Assembly: GCA_964469525.1 (NCBI GenBank)
Contig: CAYXYU010000001.1
Location: 68,508 to 132,507, forward strand
Length of the DNA: 64,000 nt
Source of the DNA: an uncultured Rickettsiales bacterium
GTDB taxonomy: Bacteria > Pseudomonadota > Alphaproteobacteria > Rickettsiales > SXRF01
Reading direction: 5' to 3'
Part shown: in pieces, positions 1 to 8,875 of the stretch
How positions within the stretch are numbered: position 1 is the first letter of the stretch
Layout of the letters: every line of letters starts with the position of its first letter
Program-made: the position numbers and the translations under genes
Notes under the pieces: generated by a model
The model's input: only the letters and a program-made list of their open reading frames with translations
Database searches by the model: none
What the model was told of the DNA's origin: nothing

Positions 1-234
1 GACCCCGGCGTGCTGGTGCTGTCGCAGTTCGCAGGCGCGGCGGAGGAATGCAGGGAGGCGCTGCTGGTCAATCCGTACGATATCCATGAAATCGCTGATG
101 CGGTCGATCGGGCGCTCGACATGCCGCTGAAGGAGCGACAGGAGCGCTGGCACGCCATGTACGATACGATCTCGAACCAGACGCTCGACAAATGGTGCCG
201 CGACTATCTGGGTGCGCTGACGGGAACCGATTAG
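1..234 (+). CDS. otsA: trehalose-6-phosphate synthase (GT20, OtsA-like), C-terminal fragment; 5' end outside window
   Basis: Frame 1 is open from base 1 to the stop at 232-234. VLSQFAGAAEE...LLVNPYDIHEIADAVDRALDMPLKERQERW matches the conserved C-terminal block of OtsA-type enzymes. Confidence 0.7.
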   Translation, partial: DPGVLVLSQFAGAAEECREALLVNPYDIHEIADAVDRALDMPLKERQERWHAMYDTISNQTLDKWCRDYLGALTGTD

Positions 235-241
235 AAAAGGA

Positions 242-1198
242 TTACAACTGTCTGAGCGATCCGTCCGGCAGCAGGGCGAACGCCTCGATGTCGGGAAGAG
301 TTTGCAGCAATCGAGACGTTTGTGCTTCAGGCAGGACAAACAGCCCCGTCGATAGCGCATCGGCAACCATGGCCCGGCCGGAGAGAACGGACAGGCTGGC
401 ATAGTGATTCGCGCTGGCGCCGGTCTTCGGATCGAACAGGTGATGCATTACCGGGCTGAAGCGCATGCCATAGCCGCCGGAGGTGGCAAGCGCCCGGTCG
501 GCCAGCGGCAGCGTTGCAATAATTCCGGCAGGGTCATGCGGATTTCTCAGGCCGATGCGCCATGGCCTGCCGTCAGGATGACGGCCCAGCGCGCGCATCT
601 CGCCCATTTCGACCAGCGTGTGCGCGATGCCTTCCGCTTTCAGCAGGGCGGTCGCCCGGTCGGTGATGTATCCCTGGGCGATGCCGTTCAGCGTTATCTG
701 CATGCCCGGAAGGTCGAATGCGATACGCTCCGGTGTAACACTGATCTTTCGGTAATCCACCAGCCGGAGCGTTTCCCTGACGGCTTCGGGCGAGGGGGCT
801 GCATGAGAATAGAGCTTCCACAAGGGCTGTACCGTGACATCGAAAGCGCCTTGGGTAAGGTCAGAGTAGCGGCGCGATTCGTTCAGCAGCTCTACCAGTT
901 CCGCAGGCGGGGCATCGAGGTACCCCTGCCGGTTGAGCATGGACAGGGCGGACTGGGGATCATGCAGGCTGAAAATCCGTTCCAGCCGCCGGATCTCCGC
1001 CAGCATGCGCTGCACCAGTGCCGCCGCCTTTCCCGGTTCCGGCAGGTACATCTGCAGGCTGGCCTCGGCGCCCAGCAGGATGCCGCGCCAGCGGTAGATG
1101 CTATCTCTTTCCATCGCCGGCAGGGGGAAGGGCAGGGCGGCGGCGATGCCGGCGGCAGCAGTAATTTTAAGGAAGCGGCGGCGTGTCAGCGGTTGCAT
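242..1198 (-). CDS. apbE: FAD:protein FMN transferase (ApbE family), Tat-exported
   Basis: 318 aa. Twin-arginine signal MQPLTRRRFLKITAAAG. ApbE-like blocks LNGIAQGYITD and ALATSGGYG. Last gene of a four-gene minus-strand cluster. Confidence 0.85.
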   Translation of the reverse strand: MQPLTRRRFLKITAAAGIAAALPFPLPAMERDSIYRWRGILLGAEASLQMYLPEPGKAAALVQRMLAEIRRLERIFSLHDPQSALSMLNRQGYLDAPPAELVELLNESRRYSDLTQGAFDVTVQPLWKLYSHAAPSPEAVRETLRLVDYRKISVTPERIAFDLPGMQITLNGIAQGYITDRATALLKAEGIAHTLVEMGEMRALGRHPDGRPWRIGLRNPHDPAGIIATLPLADRALATSGGYGMRFSPVMHHLFDPKTGASANHYASLSVLSGRAMVADALSTGLFVLPEAQTSRLLQTLPDIEAFALLPDGSLRQL

Positions 1199-1201
1199 CG
1201 C

Positions 1202-1585
1202 CTACCATTTCCCAATGCGTTTGAGCCAGTTGTAGCCTCCCGATACGGCGAGCAGCAGCAGCAGAATCGCCGCCAGGTCCATCACATACGGCCCCAGATG
1301 GCCGAAGAAGCGTCCGGTATGCAGATCGAGCAGCAGGCGGTCCCAGGTGACGACTTCCTGCACGCCTTCGGTGGCCGGCGGCAGCCCGTACCATTCGCGC
1401 AGTGCCGGGCTGTCGATGGTGGCCTTGTGCAGTTTCAGGCCGGCATTGTGGTTGAGTAGGATGCCGGTGATAGCCAGCAGCGCCACCAGCGGAATGGCAA
1501 TGAGGCCCAGCCGGTAATGCCAGCGGAAGAACAGCCGCCGCATGCTCATACGCAATTTTTTGCGCTTATGGGTGTGCTTCTGCAT
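1202..1585 (-). CDS. PepSY-associated TM-helix protein (small membrane protein)
   Basis: 127-aa ORF with two hydrophobic helices (LGLIAIPLVALLAITGILL, MDLAAILLLLLAVSGG) and the pattern RWHYRLG...LHTGRFFG typical of PepSY_TM proteins. Internal ATGs at 1549 or 1543 would remove the 20-nt overlap with the upstream gene. Confidence 0.6.
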   Translation of the reverse strand: MQKHTHKRKKLRMSMRRLFFRWHYRLGLIAIPLVALLAITGILLNHNAGLKLHKATIDSPALREWYGLPPATEGVQEVVTWDRLLLDLHTGRFFGHLGPYVMDLAAILLLLLAVSGGYNWLKRIGKW

Positions 1586-2084
1586 GCCGGCTCAAATATA
1601 AGGCGAGTTTTCCCAGGTTGCGCAGCGCATCGACCGACATGGTGGCGCCGGAGATGTTGTCGACAGGCTGCGAAAGCTCCCGCTCACCCGTCAGGCGCGC
1701 GCCCTTGAACTGGTCGGTAAAATAATCGTGCTTCACCTGCCAGCCGTGGCTTTCGCGGTAGACCAGCACTTTTACCTGCTCGATCTTTGCCGCATCGACG
1801 ATGATGCCCACCGTGATCGGCTTGTATTTGCCGATCTCCTCCAGGATCCACGCGCTCCTCTGGCCGCGCGCCCAGTACTTCGTGCGCAGGACAGGGTAGG
1901 GGTGCTCCATGATCGCATCCACCGCCGGACGCATTTCTTTGCTGATCCAAAGCGTTTGCGGCTCGGGCGGTCTCTGCTGAAACGCCTCCCGCACGAACGC
2001 TTCCGGCGGCTGGTAGACGTCGTCGGCCGCCAGCGCCGGCAGGCAGAGAAAAATCAGCAACAGGGCAGACAGGTAGCGCATCAT
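1566..2084 (-). CDS. secreted FMN-binding domain protein (NqrC/RnfG-type FMN_bind) with flavinylation motif
   Basis: 172 aa. Signal peptide MMRYLSALLLIFLCLPALA. C-terminal DNISGATMS fits the D-x-x-(S/T)-G-A-(T/S) covalent-FMN motif (codons about 1641-1655). Confidence 0.7.
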   Translation of the reverse strand: MMRYLSALLLIFLCLPALAADDVYQPPEAFVREAFQQRPPEPQTLWISKEMRPAVDAIMEHPYPVLRTKYWARGQRSAWILEEIGKYKPITVGIIVDAAKIEQVKVLVYRESHGWQVKHDYFTDQFKGARLTGERELSQPVDNISGATMSVDALRNLGKLALYLSRHAEAHP

Positions 2085-2145
2085 GGCCCTAATGTAATAG
2101 AACGCCCTGCCGTTAAGGCAAGGCGTTCCATGCGAAAGCGGTTCC

Positions 2146-3411
2146 CTAGAACTGGAACCCGACGCCGAGGTTGAAGATTTCGTCGTCGCCGGTGGCGCTG
2201 CTCGCCGGGTAGTCGATGAGGGCGACGTCGCCTTTCAGTACCACCTGCGGATGTGGCCAGTAATTGAGGCCGACGTCATACTGGCGCGTATCGCCCATGT
2301 TGCTCAGGCCTGCCTCGTTGTTCCACTGGTTATAGCGTCCGAAGAAGCCGAGCTCGCCGATGCGGGTGGCGAAGCGGTAGGAGGGCTCGACATACCAGCC
2401 GTGCTGGAGATCGCGGCCGACCGCTTCGGCGGCGCTCGCATCGACATCCCAGCGGGCGTAGAGGGCGCGCAGGCCCCACGGGCCGCGGCGTATGTCGGCA
2501 TGCGCTTCCACCAGGGTCGCCGGCACACCTTCGCTGAAATCCTTCTGGGCGAAGTCCTGCTGATACTGGGCAGATGCGCCGAGCTCGACGCCGGGGATTC
2601 CGGTCCATTTCAGGCGGCCGGTAACGGCGCCGCTGTCGGCCTCGGCGTTGGCGACCTTCTGGCGGCCGTTCCTGATCTTAAATGCATTAGCCCCCGTGGT
2701 CGGCGTCGCCAGGCCGGAATGCACGGCGAGGTCGTAGCCGAATTCCTGCGCCAGCGAACCGGAGACCGCGACGCCGCCTTCCCACCAGGTGCTGGGGATG
2801 ATGTTGGTCTCGATCGGGTTGCGCTCGACGCCGAAGAAGGTCGGCGGCTCATGCGTTTCGTTCAGTATGCCGACGGGAATCAGGAACAGACCGGCCTTGC
2901 CGCGGTGGTTCTCGGTGAAATCCATCTCGACATAGGCCTGCTCCAGCTCGACCTCGCCGGGCTTGCCTTCGCCGCTTAAGGAATGTTCGAGCTCCAGTTC
3001 GGAGAACATGCGGATGTCCTCATTGAACTCATGGCCAAAGAACAGCACGAAGCGGTGGAAATCGATCTGGTCATCACCGTCCTTGGCGCCGTTATAATGC
3101 ATCTCGCCATAGCCGCCGACCGAGGTGCGCTGCCACCAGCCGGGCGCACCCGCCCCGCCGCCGCTCGCCGCCACCTGCTCGACCTGGGCGCTGGTCGCCT
3201 CGACCTTCTTCTCTGCCTGCACCGCCTTCTGCTCCGCCTTGGCTGCCTGCTGATTGGTTTTGTTCAGCTGCGCTTTCAGGGCGGCGATTTCCTTCTGCTG
3301 CTCCTGCAGCATGCGCCACATTTCTTCCTGTGACGGCATGGCGTGCGCAGTGCTGATGCTGGTGGAGCAGAGGAGGGCGCTCACTAGGAGGCCTAGCTTT
3401 CTTGCAGACAT
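2146..3411 (-). CDS. outer-membrane porin with N-terminal coiled coil
   Basis: 421 aa. Signal peptide ending AHA. Q/K/A-rich coiled coil, then alternating beta-strand pattern ending in aromatic GVGFQF. First gene of the cluster, directly downstream of Fur-box-like sites. Confidence 0.7.
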   Translation of the reverse strand: MSARKLGLLVSALLCSTSISTAHAMPSQEEMWRMLQEQQKEIAALKAQLNKTNQQAAKAEQKAVQAEKKVEATSAQVEQVAASGGGAGAPGWWQRTSVGGYGEMHYNGAKDGDDQIDFHRFVLFFGHEFNEDIRMFSELELEHSLSGEGKPGEVELEQAYVEMDFTENHRGKAGLFLIPVGILNETHEPPTFFGVERNPIETNIIPSTWWEGGVAVSGSLAQEFGYDLAVHSGLATPTTGANAFKIRNGRQKVANAEADSGAVTGRLKWTGIPGVELGASAQYQQDFAQKDFSEGVPATLVEAHADIRRGPWGLRALYARWDVDASAAEAVGRDLQHGWYVEPSYRFATRIGELGFFGRYNQWNNEAGLSNMGDTRQYDVGLNYWPHPQVVLKGDVALIDYPASSATGDDEIFNLGVGFQF

Positions 3412-3439
3412 GACAGGATTCCTTTTCTTGAAATATTAG

Positions 3440-3460
3440 TTGAGAGTGATTCTCATTTGA
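3440..3460. promoter_or_regulatory. Fur-box-like palindrome 1 (ttgagagtgattctcatttga)
   Basis: TGAGA-N5-TCTCA inverted repeat in the divergent intergenic region between the porin operon and 3588..3968. Confidence 0.5.
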
Positions 3461-3507
3461 ATCAGACTTCCCATTACAAGAGTCCCGGTATACCCGTCAA
3501 GATTAAA

Positions 3508-3529
3508 TTGATAATGATTCTCAATTTCA
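3508..3529. promoter_or_regulatory. Fur-box-like palindrome 2 (attgataatgattctcaatttc)
   Basis: gataatgattctcaatttc matches the classical 19-bp Fur consensus GATAATGATAATCATTATC at about 14 of 19 positions by eye. About 60 bp upstream of the ATG at 3588. Confidence 0.55.
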
Positions 3530-3587
3530 TTGACAGGCTGTGTCTTCGCGGCTACAAGCACGCAAATAACCTTTGAGGAGATCCCCC

Positions 3588-3968
3588 ATGCCGTTTGCCT
3601 ATATCATGGCGTTCGCCCTGGCAGTCAGCCCGGCCGCGTATGCTGAGGAGCGGGTAGAGCATTACGCTGCCGTGAAGCCGATGAATGTTCAGGAAGCACT
3701 AACGCTGCTTGCCGAGCGTACCGCCCTTGCCGAACAGGCGTTGAATAAGAAGGACCTCGAGGGTGTCCACGAGCAGAGCTATACGCTTGAGGCGGCGGGA
3801 GACCTGCTGCAGGTGCAGGCGGAAAAGCAGCAGAAAGCGCTTGATACGCTCAATGAAGCGATTCAGGAAATCCATGCCCTTTCCGAGAAGGGGGATGCCC
3901 CCGGCGTACGCAAGGCCCTCCCTCGCCTGAAAAAGGCGACGCAGGAGCTGAAAGCGCTGATGCGGTGA
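3588..3968 (+). CDS. small secreted helical protein, unknown function (probably iron-regulated)
   Basis: ATG at 3588 preceded by GAGGAG (3575-3580); the tracked TTG at 3573 is less likely. Signal peptide MPFAYIMAFALAVSPAAYA. Rest is helical or coiled-coil. Confidence 0.5.
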   Translation: MPFAYIMAFALAVSPAAYAEERVEHYAAVKPMNVQEALTLLAERTALAEQALNKKDLEGVHEQSYTLEAAGDLLQVQAEKQQKALDTLNEAIQEIHALSEKGDAPGVRKALPRLKKATQELKALMR

Positions 3969-4119
3969 TTCGCGGACGGTGAAGAGATTAAGGGGGCCGC
4001 CTGTAGTCAGGGGATTTGCAGGGGGATGCTAGTCTAAAACTCCCCTAAGGGAAGATGGAAGGTTATGGCTAGACCGATAAAGGGGTTTTTTCGCTATCAT
4101 TCTTCGACGCCGAAATCCG

Positions 4120-4140
4120 TTGAGAATGCCTCTCATTTTA
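4120..4140. repeat. third copy of the TGAGA-N5-TCTCA palindrome (ttgagaatgcctctcatttta)
   Basis: About 17 of 21 positions identical to the 3440-3460 site. Lies between two convergent genes, 3 nt from the stop of 4143..4853. Confidence 0.35.
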
Positions 4141-4142
4141 AG

Positions 4143-4853
4143 TTATTTGAATAATGGCTGCAGATTCTTAATCTCATCACGGATGATAATGGGAATGAGC
4201 GACGAGAATGTGTTGAGAATGACGATCGCACTGACCGTGCCGTCGCCACTCCATTTGACAGCGTTGCGCAGACGGGTGGCCATGGCCTCGTTAAGCGACC
4301 GCATGGTATTATAGAGCCGCTCGATTTCCTGAAGATCAATGGATAGCTCCTTCTTGTCGATGTTGGCAGTCAGCTGACGCATTAGGTAAGTAGAGGTAAT
4401 GCGACAGATCGTTTCTTCGAGCGAAGAGAACGGCAGGTGGTAACGCGCCATATATTTGAACGGCTGCATCAAAGGGCAACCGCTGGTAGCCATAACCAAC
4501 CCGATCAGACTACGCAGTGAATCCTGGAGATCGCCTTTCTTAATATAATTGCGTTCTGGCGTAGTAACGGTGGTCATAGCCTGTGCTTGTGAGATCAGCC
4601 CATCGAAACGGCGCAGCGGTTCGGCCAATCGCAACGCGATGGGGCAGTATTCGCTGTTCTCCAGCGGGCAGTTTGTGCACTTGCCATTCTCCAGTCTTGC
4701 CCATTCGGGCGGTACGTCATCGGTCATGACATTGGAAATCATCGTCTCCTTATGGATATCGATGGCATAGGAAGTGACGGTGCCGTCGTCGAACTGCATC
4801 CGGTATTCAACCGTGTAATACGGCTCTTCTTCTCTGACCGGTTCGCTGTTCAT
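4143..4853 (-). CDS. hypothetical Cys-containing protein, translationally coupled to the HD-GYP gene
   Basis: 236 aa. Start ATG overlaps the upstream stop (ATGA, 4850-4853). Motifs GKCTNCPLENSEYCP and ATSGCPL. No family recognised by eye. Confidence 0.6.
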   Translation of the reverse strand: MNSEPVREEEPYYTVEYRMQFDDGTVTSYAIDIHKETMISNVMTDDVPPEWARLENGKCTNCPLENSEYCPIALRLAEPLRRFDGLISQAQAMTTVTTPERNYIKKGDLQDSLRSLIGLVMATSGCPLMQPFKYMARYHLPFSSLEETICRITSTYLMRQLTANIDKKELSIDLQEIERLYNTMRSLNEAMATRLRNAVKWSGDGTVSAIVILNTFSSLIPIIIRDEIKNLQPLFK

Positions 4854-6508
4854 GCCATTGGCAGCGGTTTAATGGCAAGCAAGGCAGCTTCGTCTACGTT
4901 GTCGATCAGCTCAGGCTGCATGTATTTCTCTGCGTAAATCAGGTACGTTTTCGAGGTGATGAAGAAATCGACGATGTCGGGATCCAGGTGGTTGTGTTTC
5001 TTCATCTGACCGATGATGTGCATACATTCTGACAGCTTCTTGGGTGCCTTGTAGGGGCGGTCGACGGCGGTCAGTGCCTCGAACACGTCGGCCACCGCCA
5101 TCATGCGCGCCGGGATCGACATGGTACCGGCCATAATACCCTTGGGATAGCCTTTACCGTCCATGCGCTCGTGATGTCCGCCGGCATATTCCGGCACACG
5201 CCTGAGATGTTTCGGAAATGGCAGCGCTTCGAGCATGGCGCAGGTATGGACCATGTGATCATTCATGATCATGCGCTCTTCGTTGGTTAGCGTCCCCCGG
5301 CGGATGCTTAGGTTGTAGATCTCGTTATCGGTCAGCACCTTTCTTTCTTCTTTGCCATCGTGCCAACGGTAGGCCTCCGCAATCTGCTGGAGCCGGGCAA
5401 TATGCTCATCGGACATGAACTCGCCGCCGATATTGGCTTGGGCAATAAATGTGAAGTCGGCGTCGATCTGACGAATGCGCGAGGCCAGTGTCTCTTCCAG
5501 TACCTGACGGTTGGCGCCGGGCTTTCCCGCCTGCTCGAGCATGGCAATTTTCAGGTCGCGCTTAATCGCTTCAAATCGCGTACGGATCAGCTCAATGCGG
5601 TCGAAGATGGTCTCGAGCTTGGTCGACTTGTCCATCACATGCACGGGGGTGGTGATCTTGCCGCAATCGTGCATCCAGCCGGCGATATGCAGCTCATATT
5701 TTTCTTCCTGAGTAAGCTGGAAATCCTTGAACGGACCCTCTCTGGCATCGATCGCTGCCTGGGCCAGCATGTTGGTCAGGAGCGGCACGCGCTCGCAATG
5801 CGCCCCGGTATAGGGCGACTTGGCATCGATGGCCTTGGCGATTAGCTTAATGAAGGATTCAAGCAGTTCCTTCTGTGCTAGGATCAGCTGCCGGTTGTCG
5901 AGCATGATAGCCGCCTGCGAGGCCAGGGAATGCACCAGATTCTGCGTTTCGGCGGAAAACGGTATAACCGTGCCGGTGACGGGGTCACGGGCGTTAATCA
6001 GCTGCAGACAGCCGATCGTTTCGCGCGTGTGACTGACCATCGGGATCGTCAGCACCGAGCGGGTGCGGTAATTGTATTTTGCATCAAAGGCTTTTGTTCC
6101 TTTGAAATCGAAGCCATCGGCATCGTAGACGTCTTCAATGTTGATTGGTTTCTGCTTGAGCACGGCAAACACGGACTGCGTGGCGTAATTGGGCTCTCTG
6201 GTGACCGGGTCATAGAGATGAATGGGTAGCATCGGTGCTTTGACACCGGTGCTACCGCCGAAAGCAATATTCAGAGGATCATTGTGGACGATGGCAAATT
6301 CGAGACGGTCGTCTTCAGTACGAAAGTACAGTGTGCCGCCCTCAGCATTAGTAATCTCCTTAGCCTCGGTGAGGATAATCTCGAGCAAGCGGTCGAGATT
6401 GTTTTCCGTCGACAATGCCATGCCGATCGCCACCAGGCGCTTGACTAGGGAAATCACATCATGATGCGTATGAGCGGCCGGGACCGCTAATGTCGGTTTT
6501 ACGGACAC
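4850..6508 (-). CDS. GAF domain / HD-GYP domain phosphodiesterase
   Basis: 552 aa. N-terminal GAF-like region (LDRLLEIILTEAKEITNAEGGTLYF...IGCLQLINA). HD motif HIAGWMHDCGKITTP. HHERMDGKGYPKG is the HD-GYP signature. Confidence 0.85.
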   Translation of the reverse strand: MSVKPTLAVPAAHTHHDVISLVKRLVAIGMALSTENNLDRLLEIILTEAKEITNAEGGTLYFRTEDDRLEFAIVHNDPLNIAFGGSTGVKAPMLPIHLYDPVTREPNYATQSVFAVLKQKPINIEDVYDADGFDFKGTKAFDAKYNYRTRSVLTIPMVSHTRETIGCLQLINARDPVTGTVIPFSAETQNLVHSLASQAAIMLDNRQLILAQKELLESFIKLIAKAIDAKSPYTGAHCERVPLLTNMLAQAAIDAREGPFKDFQLTQEEKYELHIAGWMHDCGKITTPVHVMDKSTKLETIFDRIELIRTRFEAIKRDLKIAMLEQAGKPGANRQVLEETLASRIRQIDADFTFIAQANIGGEFMSDEHIARLQQIAEAYRWHDGKEERKVLTDNEIYNLSIRRGTLTNEERMIMNDHMVHTCAMLEALPFPKHLRRVPEYAGGHHERMDGKGYPKGIMAGTMSIPARMMAVADVFEALTAVDRPYKAPKKLSECMHIIGQMKKHNHLDPDIVDFFITSKTYLIYAEKYMQPELIDNVDEAALLAIKPLPMA

Positions 6509-6556
6509 GTTATCTCCTTAACCTTCTAATATTTATTCTTTTATACATAGTATGCG

Positions 6557-7399
6557 TTAACTTTCGATTAAGCCAATTTTCAACCCTTCTTTTGCGATAA
6601 TCGAGCCGAATCGCAGAGTTTCCAGCTGCGCCGCCCGTTTGTCGAGTACGGAGTCGGTGGCATCGGGGTCGTGATGGAAAACCACGAGTTTCTTTACACC
6701 CGCCGCATCAGCAAGCCGTACACCCTGTTGCCAGGTCGAATGCCCCCATCCACGATAGCGTTCGAATTCCTCGTCGGCATAGGTCGAATCATAGATTAGC
6801 AGGTCGGCCCCTTGGACGAACTGCGTCAATGCCTTGTCAGGAGTGGACGATACATGTTCATAATCCGTGATATAACAGACCGATTTGTCCTGACAGGCGA
6901 GACGGTAGCCGGTGGCGCGATCCGGATGCGCAAGCGGCAGGGTCGTGATGCGGATGCCGTCTTTCTGCCAGTCATCCGCCAGCTCTTCGCCTGCGGCAAA
7001 ATCGTGGTATTCCACCTCGGCCCTGAAACTCTTGGTCGTCAGTGGAAATACGGGTGGCTGCATGATCATGCCGATTACACCGGCTAAATCATAATCGGGC
7101 TTGAGATGGCCTGCCCACAGCCGTATCCGGCGCGACGCATCTGCGCACGGCGCAAAGAAGGGAATGCCAAGAATATGATCGATATGTGTGTGGCTGAGCA
7201 GGATATCGATCTGCTTGTCTTTTAACATATCACCTAGGGGCTTAAGGCCGGTTCCACCATCAAACACAAAGCATCGGCCGGCACAATGGACTTCGACACA
7301 GGAGGTATGGCCGCCATATCGTGCCACAGAAGCGCCTGAAACCGGGAAGGAGCCGCGCACTCCCCAGAAACGTAACCAGAAATCATTATTGCCCGTCAT
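6557..7399 (-). CDS. MBL-fold metallo-hydrolase
   Basis: 280 aa. FWGVRGSFP...GGHTSC N-terminus and HxHxDH motif (LLSHTHIDHILG). Start is 1 nt from the stop of the upstream OMP gene. Confidence 0.8.
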   Translation of the reverse strand: MTGNNDFWLRFWGVRGSFPVSGASVARYGGHTSCVEVHCAGRCFVFDGGTGLKPLGDMLKDKQIDILLSHTHIDHILGIPFFAPCADASRRIRLWAGHLKPDYDLAGVIGMIMQPPVFPLTTKSFRAEVEYHDFAAGEELADDWQKDGIRITTLPLAHPDRATGYRLACQDKSVCYITDYEHVSSTPDKALTQFVQGADLLIYDSTYADEEFERYRGWGHSTWQQGVRLADAAGVKKLVVFHHDPDATDSVLDKRAAQLETLRFGSIIAKEGLKIGLIES

Positions 7400-7400
7400 C

Positions 7401-8768
7401 CTAGAAGTTCCTGGTGATTGTCAGCGTGTAACGATGGTTACTGTACTGGTAGTTCTCGATGTTGGAGAGCACATTGGTGTAAGCGTAGGCCGCGCTGAGC
7501 ACCAGATTGTACGGCAGCTTGCGGCCCAGCATCGCCTGGAGGCTGCGCTCCCTGTCATTGCGGGTTTTAACGCTGACGAGCGAATCTGGCGCATCGTAGC
7601 GCGACTGCTTATAGCCGGCGCGCAGCGTGGTGAAGAAATCAGCCAGCCAGCCTTGAGCCAGCTCGGGCGAAAAAGCATAAGTGTGGTTGAGGGCGATTCC
7701 CATCTGCTCGTTGGCATAATAATTCTGTTTGGCTCTTTCGTTGCGCAGCGTAACGATCGCCTCCCATAACTGGGTCTCCGAATACGGATAACGCAGGCTG
7801 AACTGTGTCTGCCACGCCTGGCCGGCGCGATCGGTATAGGTGCTCACCGTCTGGGAATTTATGAATTCCCGGTATTCCCACAGGGAAGAGAATACCCCGC
7901 GCAGATTCCGGTACAGCGGGAAATCGGCCAGGAATTCGATGTTTGGATCGCGCAGGTAGCTTTGCTTGTCGAGAAGCAGATAATTATAGCCACCGGTCAA
8001 GGCGAAGCGGGTCTCCCACGGTTCGTACAGGAACTCGGGGCCGCTGCGGATGCCATAGAGCTGGAGATTGAGTTCGGAAAGCGCATGCTGGCGTGTAAAA
8101 TAGGTGATGGCGTTGCTCTGCCAGCGCAGGGTGGTGCGGTCGGCGATGCGGCCGATATAATAGGTATGGCTTGCCGTGACAGCGCCGAATTCCTGAAGGT
8201 CACTGCGCGGCTGTGTGCCGTGCTCCAACGGCACGATGGTGTCGAGCACCAGGATATTGCCCGAGCCCGGCGCAGCGTTGGCATTACTGTCGGAGCCGAT
8301 GCCTGCCATCAGCGAGGCGGCTAGGTGATGGCGGCGCTCGGCCTCGTCGATCTTGGCAAGAACGGCGCGGATGTTCTCTTGCACTGCCTCAGGCGGATCT
8401 TTGGCCAATACCGTGTCCAGAAGCTCGCGGGCGTCCTTGTAGCGGCCTAGCGAGACGTAAATGAGGCTGAGGTCCAGCCGGATGCGATCGAGGTTGGGAT
8501 CGATCTGGAGAAGCTGGTCATAAGCCCATGCCGCTTCTTCGAGCTTGCCGAACAGGACGGCCATCTGCGCGTAAGCGTAATAATTGTTCTTGTTCTCGGG
8601 GTCAGCCTGGATCTGCTGCTTCAAGTCCGGAAGCGCCGACTCGCGCGGCAGATAGGCGTCGAGATCGTATTCGCTGGTGATGGCCCTTCCGTCCGGCGCA
8701 CTGGACAATACCAGCAAAACAACCATTCCAGTAACGCGAAGAATGTGCATTGACCGACCAGCTTTCAT
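7401..8768 (-). CDS. TPR + C-terminal beta-barrel outer-membrane protein, Slam/DUF560-like
   Basis: 455 aa. Signal-like N-terminus. TPR repeats (YAYAQMAVLFGKLEEAAWAYDQLLQIDPN, LSLIYVSLGRYKDARELLDTVLAKDP). Then GIGSDSNANAAP and amphipathic strands ending in YTLTITRNF. Alternative start at 8750. Confidence 0.6.
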   Translation of the reverse strand: MKAGRSMHILRVTGMVVLLVLSSAPDGRAITSEYDLDAYLPRESALPDLKQQIQADPENKNNYYAYAQMAVLFGKLEEAAWAYDQLLQIDPNLDRIRLDLSLIYVSLGRYKDARELLDTVLAKDPPEAVQENIRAVLAKIDEAERRHHLAASLMAGIGSDSNANAAPGSGNILVLDTIVPLEHGTQPRSDLQEFGAVTASHTYYIGRIADRTTLRWQSNAITYFTRQHALSELNLQLYGIRSGPEFLYEPWETRFALTGGYNYLLLDKQSYLRDPNIEFLADFPLYRNLRGVFSSLWEYREFINSQTVSTYTDRAGQAWQTQFSLRYPYSETQLWEAIVTLRNERAKQNYYANEQMGIALNHTYAFSPELAQGWLADFFTTLRAGYKQSRYDAPDSLVSVKTRNDRERSLQAMLGRKLPYNLVLSAAYAYTNVLSNIENYQYSNHRYTLTITRNF

Positions 8769-8796
8769 AACGTGCTTAATTTATAGTAAGAACGTT
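8769..8796. promoter_or_regulatory. inverted repeat AACGTGCTTA-N8-TAAGAACGTT in the divergent promoter region
   Basis: 10-bp arms with one mismatch, abutting the ATG of 7401..8768 and about 80 bp upstream of the cyclase ATG. Confidence 0.35.
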
Positions 8797-8875
8797 AAGA
8801 AAAAATGTGCTTGCTATTTGTCAACAAAGCCGTTTTCGTAGAAGCAATTTAAATTTAGGCGCTACAAAGGCTTGT

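Noticed and set aside
404-1459. 351-aa ORF on the plus strand
   Set aside because: It is entirely antisense to the well-supported apbE and PepSY genes. Its Arg/Gly/Gln/Ala-rich composition is typical of shadow ORFs in GC-rich DNA, and it has no motifs.
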